Shown piece by piece: positions 23,096 to 31,854 of a DNA stretch of 64,000 bases. Position 1 is the first letter of the stretch. Each line of letters begins with the position of its first letter. This DNA comes from Macrostomum lignano (Eukaryota). Position numbers and translations under genes: made by a program. The DNA lies in assembly GCA_002269645.1 (NCBI GenBank), contig NIVC01000734.1:124001-188000 (forward strand). The letters are read 5' to 3'. Under the pieces are notes generated by a model. The model made no database searches. It saw only the letters and a program-made list of their open reading frames with translations, and was not told the DNA's origin.

Positions 23096-23779
23096 ATGAG
23101 TCAATTTATGGACGTTGATGGAGAGTTAGCGATTTATAAAGAGAAGCAAAAATATTCTGATTTTGTTAGAAATTTACAAAAAAGAAAGTTAGGAATACAA
23201 CTAGCTGGCGAAAGATTTGCTGCCCCTTTTGTTAATCCTATTACGGGGAAACTTAGCGAACTAGAAAAAACAGATAAAGACCTTCTTGAAAAAATTGCTA
23301 AGAATACTGAGCCAAAAGAGGATGAAATTTTGGATGAGCCGCCTACTTATGATGTTGATCAAGCGCTATTGAGAGTTGCTGAGATTAGAGCTGCAGAAAG
23401 GGGAGGGGTTGAACAATTTCAAAGACCTGCACCATCTAGTATTGCTGTGACAGATTTAGGTAATGATAACTACCGAATTGGTGGAATTGATAAAAATCGA
23501 AATGAGCTATATAGAGAATTGGGTGGAGCATATAATATTATTATGAACCCGAGGGTAAAATTTAACCCTGATTTATATACTAGAGATGAATTAGTAAGTG
23601 CTAAAAATTTTTACGATGAGTTAGGAGTAAGAGCTGCTAAAAATACCAGCTTATATAAAAAGATTGTTGCTTCTATAAATAACAAACCGGCCGTTGGCGA
23701 AGGATTTAAAACTCCGCGAAAACTTGTTTTAGCTGCTGCGAAAGCTGCTGGACATACTCGTACAGGAATCGCCCCGTAG
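23096..23779 (+). CDS. Conserved Polinton uncharacterised protein (PZ-like C-terminus)
   Basis: 227-aa ORF; C-terminal KLVLAAAKAAGHT resembles the LLxASKxAGN motif of Polinton PZ-type proteins. Confidence 0.5.
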   Translation: MSQFMDVDGELAIYKEKQKYSDFVRNLQKRKLGIQLAGERFAAPFVNPITGKLSELEKTDKDLLEKIAKNTEPKEDEILDEPPTYDVDQALLRVAEIRAAERGGVEQFQRPAPSSIAVTDLGNDNYRIGGIDKNRNELYRELGGAYNIIMNPRVKFNPDLYTRDELVSAKNFYDELGVRAAKNTSLYKKIVASINNKPAVGEGFKTPRKLVLAAAKAAGHTRTGIAP

Positions 23780-23832
23780 GGTCGCGAACCTTTGGTTCGA
23801 TTAATTAATTATTAAATTTTATTTTTTATAAA

Positions 23833-24339
23833 ATGGAAAATACGATAAATGATTGTCTTTGTAAACCTATTTATGATAAGGTCGGTTCTGACAGAATACT
23901 AAATAAGATATTTCAAGATGAATTAATAATTGCAAACCGTATTAAAACAATTCAAATGAGACTAGGATATCTTTATGAATTATTAGCTATTGAACATTTT
24001 GGTTTTGAAAAAATAAAGAAAATTGATTTAATTCATACCGAAAGAAAAATTGCGTTAGAGGTAAAATCTTCTGATAACACAGATAATTCATCGAGTCGAT
24101 TTAGAAATATTCAAAAGTTATTAGAATTTAAAAATGTTAATCCCGAATTTGATTTATATTATATTTGCATTAATAATACTACTAAAACCCCCGTACAAAA
24201 GGTATTTGATAATGGTGTTATTTTATTAACTGGGGAATTTGCTTTAAATTTTTTATATGGTGATCAATATTTGGAAATTACTAAACTGATAGAAACATGT
24301 TTTTTAAAGATTAAAAATGAGCAATCAATTAGTCTTTGA
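23833..24339 (+). CDS. PD-(D/E)xK restriction-endonuclease-like protein
   Basis: QMRLGYLYE..., IDL, ALEVKSSDNTDNSSS fit the PD-(D/E)xK pattern and resemble Eco47II-like ExKNxxNTxNSS enzymes. Confidence 0.6.
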   Translation: MENTINDCLCKPIYDKVGSDRILNKIFQDELIIANRIKTIQMRLGYLYELLAIEHFGFEKIKKIDLIHTERKIALEVKSSDNTDNSSSRFRNIQKLLEFKNVNPEFDLYYICINNTTKTPVQKVFDNGVILLTGEFALNFLYGDQYLEITKLIETCFLKIKNEQSISL

Positions 24340-25894
24340 AGGAGGATTTTTAGACTTACAAAAAGGATTAACAAGCTTACCACCAGTCTTTACTACTGGG
24401 AGGTATACAGGTGAGTTACACCTACCAGCAATGAACTTCACAGGTTACCCCGTGGCCTGAGTGGTAGAAGCAAAGCTACTGCTAGTCACTATTAGTGGCA
24501 ATGTCTCCAAATTGCGTGAAACCCGTCATACAGCTTCAAGTACCACTTCAATTGAGAAATCTTTTGAAGGAACAGAGGTAACTCCTCTTCCCAAAGGTAA
24601 CAAGCTTGAAGACATGGTGGCAATGCGCAGCCAAGCTCCTAAGTATTTTAAATATAAGGAGAAGGTTCAGAGAGCAGACGGAGATGGGCGGTAATCATCG
24701 CCGCTTAAGGTGTGCTCCAGCCTCTTTCGAAAGATTGAGGGTAAAATGCCCGGCACTAGGTTGGATTTGAGATTAAATCCTGACAACACTCCAAAAGCTG
24801 ATTCAATTCCCATAAATGGTATTGATTGGTTAGCATATTATCATGACTTAGCATACAGAGATGCTGACAAGAACTCACCCGAGGAAGCATTAAGATTAAA
24901 ACATGAAGCCGATCAAAAAATGATTCAAGGATTAGATAACTTGCAGGGGTTGTCGGTTGGGCAAAGATTAACTAGGTGGATGGTTAAAAAGATCTTGCAG
25001 TCTAAAGTTAAATTTGGTTTGGGAATTAATTACAACCAACATGGAAATAATTGTGTCGAGTGTTTGTTGTTAAGTGGTAGTGGGCTAAGTTCTGATAAGG
25101 CAAAGGTTCTTCATAAAGAATATAGAAAACCTAAATTTTATAGAAAAATCATGAACTTCAAAAAGAATGAAATTTGGTATGCTGATTTAATGTCAATGCC
25201 GAAAGATCTGGGATATAAATATATCTTAACCATACTAGATGGTTTTACTCGATACGCGTGGGCTGTTCCTTTAAAATCCAAAAAGGGAGAGGAGGTTGCT
25301 GCTGCTTTTAGAAGCCTTGGAGAAAAAAGTGAAAGGTTGTGTGTTGACGAAGGAAAAGAATTTTACAATCCTCACATGTATAAATTGTATCATTTTGAAA
25401 AAGGACAAGAAAGGAAAAAGGACGCGAATGGGGAGTATATTAATAAAATTTATTCTATTTATGGAGAAAGCAAAAACGCATTAATAGAAAGATTTAATCG
25501 AACTTTGGGGAAAAAATTGTGGTTTCAGTTTAGTTTAAATGGAAACCAAAAGTGGGTAAAAATATTACCAGACGTAGTGAAAGATTATAACAATTCATAT
25601 CATTCAGCTATAAAGATGACTCCTCAACAAGCTTATAACAATCCTGAAAATGTTAAGGTTACTTTTGGAGAATTTGAAAAAAAGAAAACTAAACGTTTTA
25701 AAGTTGGCGATTCTGTTTATATCTATAAATGGAAAGATAAGTTTGAAAAGGGAAGAAAAGGATATTGGAAAATAAGTGAGAAATTTACTATTAGTAAAGT
25801 TTTAAATACAAATCCCACAACCTATATCATTGCTGATAAGGATGGTGAAGAAATATTTGGTTCGTTTTATGAGAACCAGCTAATGTTAGTTTAA
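24317..25894 (+). CDS. PLA2 (parvovirus-type, PLA2X) - retroviral-type integrase fusion; exons 24317-24445 and 24749-25894 (424 aa spliced)
   Basis: Spliced ELHLPAMNFTG|PGTRL (Ca2+ loop), YYHDLAY (His-Asp), HEADQKM; integrase WYADL, LCVDEGKEF, IERFNRTL; C-terminal GSFYENQL. Confidence 0.9.
24446..24748 (+). ncRNA. Group I intron (IC1-like), 303 nt, no internal ORF of note
   Basis: 5' exon ends in U and the intron ends in G; P1 CAGGU/GCCUG; P AAATTGCGTGAAA; Q AATGCGCAGCCAAG; R GTTCAGAGAGCAGACGG; S TAAGGTGTGCTCC; P7 GAGCA/TGCTC; P2, P2.1, P3, P4, P5, P6, P8 and P9 helices can all be formed; excision restores the frame and the GPG motif. Confidence 0.93.
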
Positions 25895-25912
25895 TTTAGA
25901 CTTTTGGTGAAT

Positions 25913-26275
25913 CTAGGGAGTTCTTTGTTTTTGTTTTCGTTTATAATTAAGCCCTGCTGAAATTAAAATAATTAATATAAGTAATACAATTATTATTAAT
26001 GTGCTTGATATTGCTATTAATGCTATTGCTAAGTTTATATTTCTTTCATTATATGGTATTCCTTCTATATTTAATTTTTTAGATAAAAATAAGGCGGGAA
26101 AAATAATCATCTCAAGTAAGAGTAGTAAAATAACAGCAATTATAAACTTTAGGGTGGACTTATTTTCATTGTGGTAGTTAGCATCCTTTTCTTTATCAAA
26201 TAATAGGGGTGGTTCTGCTATAGGATGGATGCTGTCATAGGTGTTGGCATAATTGTTTGCAAAATCAGACCTCAT
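25913..26275 (-). CDS. Polinton small membrane protein (two hydrophobic segments)
   Basis: FIIAVILLLLLEMIIFPALFL and IALIAISSTLIIIVLLILIILISAGL followed by a basic tail. Confidence 0.55.
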   Translation of the reverse strand: MRSDFANNYANTYDSIHPIAEPPLLFDKEKDANYHNENKSTLKFIIAVILLLLLEMIIFPALFLSKKLNIEGIPYNERNINLAIALIAISSTLIIIVLLILIILISAGLNYKRKQKQRTP

Positions 26276-26302
26276 TTTCTAGTTTATTTTTTTAAATAAT
26301 AA

Positions 26303-26527
26303 TTACTTAAGGCAACATGGTAATAAATTTTTTATAACAAATAAAAACAATATTATTACTATTATTGTTACTAATATTATTATTGACATTTGTTCAACTG
26401 TTATCAAACTTAAATTTTCATTAAGTTCATTAATCGGTACATTTCCGATATAGAAATAATTTACCTTCATTTTTTTATATATATTTTTAACAATAAATGT
26501 TGTTTCTGTTACAGAGTAATAGTTCAT
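26303..26527 (-). CDS. Polinton small membrane protein (C-terminal hydrophobic segment)
   Basis: AAAAATG start; IIILVTIIVIILFLFVI. Confidence 0.5.
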   Translation of the reverse strand: MNYYSVTETTFIVKNIYKKMKVNYFYIGNVPINELNENLSLITVEQMSIIILVTIIVIILFLFVIKNLLPCCLK

Positions 26528-26568
26528 TTTTAATAGTTCAAATAGTTCAATAGTACTTAGTTCATTTT

Positions 26569-26799
26569 TTAAATATTTTTTTCACAGTTTAAACATTGTG
26601 CTAAAAGAAGACTTTGCTCCCCCTTATCCCAAATATAATCTAGTTCTCCAATTTCAAGCGGATATATCTTTATATCTGGAAATATATATACTTCATCGAT
26701 TATTTTATCCTTTATTAATTTTTTTATTGAATCAAGTGCGTTGAATATTGTTTGGGTTGATTCAGTTATTAAAAAGTAGGGTCTGTTAACTAATTCCAT
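26569..26799 (-). CDS. Polinton small protein, paralogue of 26803-27117
   Basis: Shares IIDEVY....K(I/L)YPLE...GE with its neighbour. Confidence 0.6.
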   Translation of the reverse strand: MELVNRPYFLITESTQTIFNALDSIKKLIKDKIIDEVYIFPDIKIYPLEIGELDYIWDKGEQSLLLAQCLNCEKNI

Positions 26800-26802
26800 T
26801 TT

Positions 26803-27117
26803 TTACATAAAAATTTCACTTTCATTCTCCGAATCGCTGGTTTCATATGAGCTATTTGTTGAGATGGAATCATATGAACGAACCTCCCAATCATCCGAAT
26901 TTAAATAATCTCCAAGTTGAAATATTAACTCCCCCTCATGTTCTAAATCATACATCCCATCCAACTCTAACGGATAAAGTTTTAAATCATGCTTATCATC
27001 ATATTTTAAATAAACTTCATCAATTATACCATTCAAAATATGCTGTTTTATTATCTCTGCATTTTTAGCAACGGTCTCAAAAGTATCACTAACAGAAAAG
27101 GTGTAAACGCGGTTCAT
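26803..27117 (-). CDS. Polinton small acidic protein, first gene inside the right TIR
   Basis: AAAAATG start; IIDEVY/KLYPLE motif. Confidence 0.6.
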   Translation of the reverse strand: MNRVYTFSVSDTFETVAKNAEIIKQHILNGIIDEVYLKYDDKHDLKLYPLELDGMYDLEHEGELIFQLGDYLNSDDWEVRSYDSISTNSSYETSDSENESEIFM

Positions 27118-27125
27118 TTTTAGTA

Positions 27126-27476
27126 ACAGAAAAAGACCCTTGGCGCGGCCTGGGGTTATAGAGTGTTGGAAGTGTTGGAGAGAGTTGGAAGTGTTGGAAG
27201 AGTTGGGTAGAGTTGGAAGTGTTGGATACGGTACAAAATTGCCAGCAAACCAAAGCGAACGACGAGAGCGTATTCTCAGAATTCAAAGAGAATTAATCGT
27301 TGTAAGTGTGAAATGGGGAGATTGACCGAAATGAAGCGAGGATGATCGAAGCGAGTTGAGCGAAGTGAAGACGAGCGATAATGAAAGGAAAACGAGTCAT
27401 TTCACACTGATAAAGGGTTAAATCTCTTTGAATTATGAGAATGGTTTGCTGGCAATTTTGTACCGTATATACTACT
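27126..27476 (-). repeat. Right terminal inverted repeat
   Basis: Reverse complement of 9527-9886. Confidence 0.95.
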
Positions 27477-28254
27477 TGGTACCGTATGTTAAAACGGCCC
27501 TTGACGGGGCTATTAAAATTTACAACGTCCTAGCATCCACATCTCCAATTCTTCATTGATGATTTTTTTAACTGCGGACACACAAGTGTGTAATTAATCT
27601 TAATTATTAAAATGTAAAAGAACTGTCTGTCTGTGTACAAATTTGTTCGCTACGGTCTCTATTCTATAGTGTGCTTTTTCTAGTATTAGGCCGCTCTCAC
27701 TCACTCATTTCCCCAAATCGGGAGGATAAGGCCAATGTACATAGCATGTACAGTGCTTTGAAATAACTTCGACTTTATTGGCGCCCCAGTGAAGAGGCTT
27801 GGTTAAAATGTCTCAACCCAACTTTTCTGGCTGCCCGACAAGAATGCACTAACATATAGGCCTACCCATCCACCCAGAACAGGGGGGGGGCACGCCCATG
27901 TACTTAGCAATGTAAGGTGTCAGAATAACTTCACTTTATGTGCACCCCAGCCAGTGGAGAGAAAAATTACAGTTGGGTTCGCGAGAAAAGGCTCAATTCT
28001 CGCGAGATCTCGCGAGAATCTGTGTGTAACTCATTCGTCATTGGCTGAGCCATTAACTGGGGAGAGTAAGATTGAGCGCTGTTTGAGGTGGGTTGTTTGT
28101 AAAGGCTGCCCGCTTATTCGGTGTCCACCTTGAAAGTTTCTCATAGTTTTTAATGGCAAACCCTTTCTTGTTTCTCCCCATCGAAAAGACATTGTCTGAC
28201 ACGAGCTAATAGGGAGACTAACAGCAATTTCACGAAGCTTGCAAATGGAGATTG

Positions 28255-28830
28255 GACGTTGCCTGATGGAAAAGCAACGCATTGATCTCCTGTCAAAGTT
28301 GTACTTAGAGAAAGAAGTGTAGCTGAAATTAGTAGCGAAATGCAGGTCTCCCGGCGTGCCATCAGGCGCCATCTTACACAAATCTAACAAAAAGTAGCAA
28401 GGAGAAATCTCTGCCCCGAAAATGGGGACTTGAACATACCGTGTTCTTAGATGCGCTGCTTGACGCCACTAATGGCCAAGTTTCAGCTCAAGACTTGTGC
28501 AATAGGGTGAGATTAAAGTTTGGTTTGCGTCTTTCTATCTGCACAATGAAGAGAATTCGGCGACTGTTGGTTTAGGTTCGAACAACAACGCAGTATTGCC
28601 AGATGATCAAGTTGCAAAATCAACCCATTCAGCTATCATGGAGCGCACTGAAGCTGCAAGAGAACGACAATTTTGATGATGCCATCTTCACCGACGAATG
28701 CAGCGTGGCTATATCCCGCAAGACATATCAGACAGTTTTTCGTCGGGTCAACTCTTCGCGACCAAAGTTCGCAACTCCGAAGCATTCACAAAAAGTAAGC
28801 ATTCCCTCTAATTCGTGCAAAAACGATTGA
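28255..28830 (+). pseudogene. Tc1/mariner-like transposase relic
   Basis: HTH-like RSVAEISSEMQVSRRAIRRHL; LSICTMKRIRR; YCQMIK; FDDAIFTDECSV (first DDE Asp); truncated. Confidence 0.65.
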
Positions 28831-29283
28831 GAAAAAACTCGCAACTTATTATTTCAATGCGTGTTTTATTTGTATAGTACAAATCACGTAAAGGAGCAGA
28901 ATTCCCATGGGCATGCACAGAATTCCTATGGCTGATGTGTTCACCCAATCAAACTGTTTGCAATGAGTCTCAGTTCCGTTCTTACAGTGTGCAACTCAGA
29001 ATCGCAACTCGGAATGATAAAACATGTATGTGGCTGAGGAATTGAAATATTTAGCAACTGGTTAATGAAAATTTGCTGATGTCGTAAAACCAGGAATCAT
29101 GCATTTCAGCTCCATGTATGGGCCGGTATAAGCCGCCGCGGCACTACTCGCCTTGTTATATTTAGGGGATTATGGCAGCCGACTTCTAGGTCGAAAAAAT
29201 TCTTGCAAAGGCGCTTCTGCCGGCCATCAGGGAACAGTTTTCTGACCACCACCAAGTATTTGCTGTGAGTATAATTAGCTTGT

Positions 29284-30869
29284 TTGAAGGCATGTCGGTC
29301 AAGCGTATCCAGTCAACAGAACTTTGTGGCTGAGGATTCTGCACAAAGAGACATTTTGCACACTGACACTGGCAAAGAAGCGTCGTGCTCTACAGTGAAG
29401 CTGGCTTGTCAAGTAGAAGGCAAAATGCAATCCATAATCTGTCAGATTGACACAGGAGCTTCGGTTTCAGTTTTGTCCAGCAACACCGACGGACACAAAT
29501 TCGACCAATTGGGCTCATTGCCTGTCGTCACGGAATGGAAAGGAAGAAACATCAAGATTACGTTTCAAGTAGTACGCTCAAACCGCAACTTTGCATTGCT
29601 CGGACGAGATGTCATCAAATTCAATCCGGAATGCGTCTCTATTGGACATACAGAGATGAAGGATTCAGCTCCATTCAAGGCCAGCTTACGATTAGTCGAT
29701 GGCGCAGTGCCCAAGTACATCAAAGCGAGGCCTGTGCCATTTGCATTGCGCGAGCGTCTGAAATGCGAGATCGACAAGCTTGTGACTGACGGAGTTATCG
29801 AGCAAGTTAGCTTTTCGCAGTGGGCGTCACCCATTGTGACTGTGCAAAAACCCAATGGCGGTCTCAGGATCTGTGTCGACTATAAGACGACAGTCAATCC
29901 ACAACTACAGCAGGATAGCTACCCGTTACCGACAGTTGAAGAAGCATTCGCAGCAGTGACAAATTGCAAATACTACACGATTTTGGATCTCGAGAAGGCA
30001 TATAACCAGGTGCACCTAGACGACTCTTCCAAGGATATCACCGTGATGTCTACACCATTCGGGAACTTCAGATACAACCGCCTTGTCTTCGAATTAAAGA
30101 CTGCCCCCAGTATTTTCCAACGTTATATCGTGGAAGTTATTCAAGGAATTTCTGGAGCAGTAGCATATGTCGATGATATTCTCATTGGCGGCGAGACCAA
30201 AGAAGACCTCAGAGACAGAGAAGCTGAAGTTAGAGCACGGTTGGCCAAGCACAACTTGACAGTAAACGAGGAAAAATGTCAGATAATGCAGACTCGGGTC
30301 CGCTTTCTGGGTCACAGTCAGGGACAGTGAAGCCAGATGAAGAGAAAATGCGCGCGTTAAGGGAGATGTCAGCCCCGAAAAATCTACCGGAATTGGAATC
30401 GTTTCTTGGCCTCGTTAATTTCTGCGGTAAATTTAGACGCAGAGGAGCCGAGTTCACTTGGGCAGACAAGCACGAACAAGCCTTCAATAAGGTCAAGATG
30501 GCACTGTCAGCTGAGTCTATGCTGCATTCGTACGATCCGAAGAAACCAGTGGAGATCGAATGTGACGCTTCGCAGGTGGCCATTGGTGGTGTGCTCTCTC
30601 AGGAAGGCAGGCCCATAATCTTCATTAGCAAGTTGTTGTCACCGGCGGAGAAGAGATATTCGCAGATCGAACGCGAAGCATTAGCGATTGTCTGGGGCAT
30701 TCGGTGGTGTCACCGGTTCCTTTGTGGCAGAGAATTCTCACTAGTAACTGACCACCGCCCTCTGACCTTCGTGTTCGGACCCTCCAGTCAGCTACCAGAA
30801 AGGGTTTCGGCGCGCCTGCAAAGATGGGCTATTTTATTGTCCGGCTACAACTACAGCATAACATCTTAA
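29284..30869 (+). mobile_element. Ty3/Gypsy pol fragment (protease, RT, RNase H); deleted and frameshifted
   Basis: QIDTGAS; WASPIV, LRICVDY, LDLEKAY, TPFG, YVDDILI; CDASQVAIGGVL, YSQIEREALAI, TDHRPL. Confidence 0.9.
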
Positions 30870-31049
30870 TGAACATTGGGTAGTCGACCTGAGGAAGGAG
30901 TTAAGCATCAGCAGGATAATAATAACAATTTGCCATCTGAATTCGTCTCCTTCGATTCAGAGACTGATGACTATGACGACCATGAATCTGATGTAGATCT
31001 GAGTGAGGCCTTGAAAGACTGGGTAATATACGATAACATTCCACAAGCC

Positions 31050-31800
31050 TCTGCGACGTCTCCTGGCTGTTCTGCGCAAGAAAGATATATCCATTCCTAT
31101 TGAGTTAAGAATACTGCTTGACTCTCCCCAGGTTGTATCAGGAATTAAACACATTGATCCAGGTAGCTACTATCATTTTGGGCTCCTGAATGGGATAAAG
31201 AGGCTACTTGATGATGTCGGCTTTGAGAATAATGTCAACTTGAACCTGGTTTTAAACATCGATGGTGATGGTGATGTACTACCTATTTGTAAACTCATGC
31301 CAGTCTAAACATATACATGCGTTTGTATTGTTACTGCAGAGTGGCTGGCGAAGCTTTTTTACCGAAATGAAGGAAATGAAGGAAGAGATCCAAGTATTGA
31401 GGTGTGGCAATACTACTGATGGCAATGGGATGTTGCACCAGCTGCCCATGAGCAATGTAAGCGGGCTTCTGTAGAAAGACGGACAGTCTAGACGGATAGA
31501 TAGTTCATATTGCATCTACTTTGCCTTTGCATAATGAAGCGCATGATTGCTTTCTGGCATTCTAGGTGTATCTAGACTTACTGTAAGAGCACGTGCATCA
31601 ATTTTAGAAAAAAATGGAGTTAATACGGCCTTTGATGCCATCTGAATTCAATAGAAAAACAAGGCCAGTCTCCCAGTACAAATTGTGGAAAGCAACTGAA
31701 TTCCGGACTTTCCTATTGTATACAGGGATTTGTGAATTAAAGAAACACTCATTACATTCACGCATTTTCTGTAACTTCTGTCTACTTTTTATTATTATCA
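31050..31800 (+). pseudogene. CACTA/EnSpm-type (CMC) transposase relic
   Basis: YYHFGL..GI, LVLNIDG and PSEFNRKTR....WKATEFRTFLLYTG, motifs typical of animal EnSpm-like transposases. Confidence 0.6.
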
Positions 31801-31854
31801 AATATCAAAACCTGCCGGACCACCTCAGGGAAAACAACGGGAAGTATGACACTG

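Larger units (their letters stand above)
9527..27476. mobile_element. Full-length Polinton/Maverick (adintovirus-like endogenous dsDNA virus), 17,950 bp
   Basis: Starts AGTAGT(9527) and ends ACTACT(27476); 6-bp TSD TGGTAC at 9521-26 and 27477-82; ~355-bp TIRs; pPolB, INT, ATPase, protease, MCP and mCP all present; AT-rich relative to the flanks. Confidence 0.97.

Noticed and set aside
24461-24694. 77-aa ORF as an intron-encoded homing endonuclease
   Set aside because: It runs through the structured catalytic core, has a GTG start only, and has no LAGLIDADG, His-Cys, GIY-YIG or HNH motif.
24446-24748. Insertion as a spliceosomal intron or a MITE (TTACCC/GGGTAA ends)
   Set aside because: The available GT-AG joins do not restore GPG in frame and no TSD is present; U/omega-G boundaries and the P/Q/R/S core fit group I.
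24710-24748. ORF-track start of the integrase ORF
   Set aside because: These 13 codons are intron sequence; the real start is ATG 24317 through splicing.
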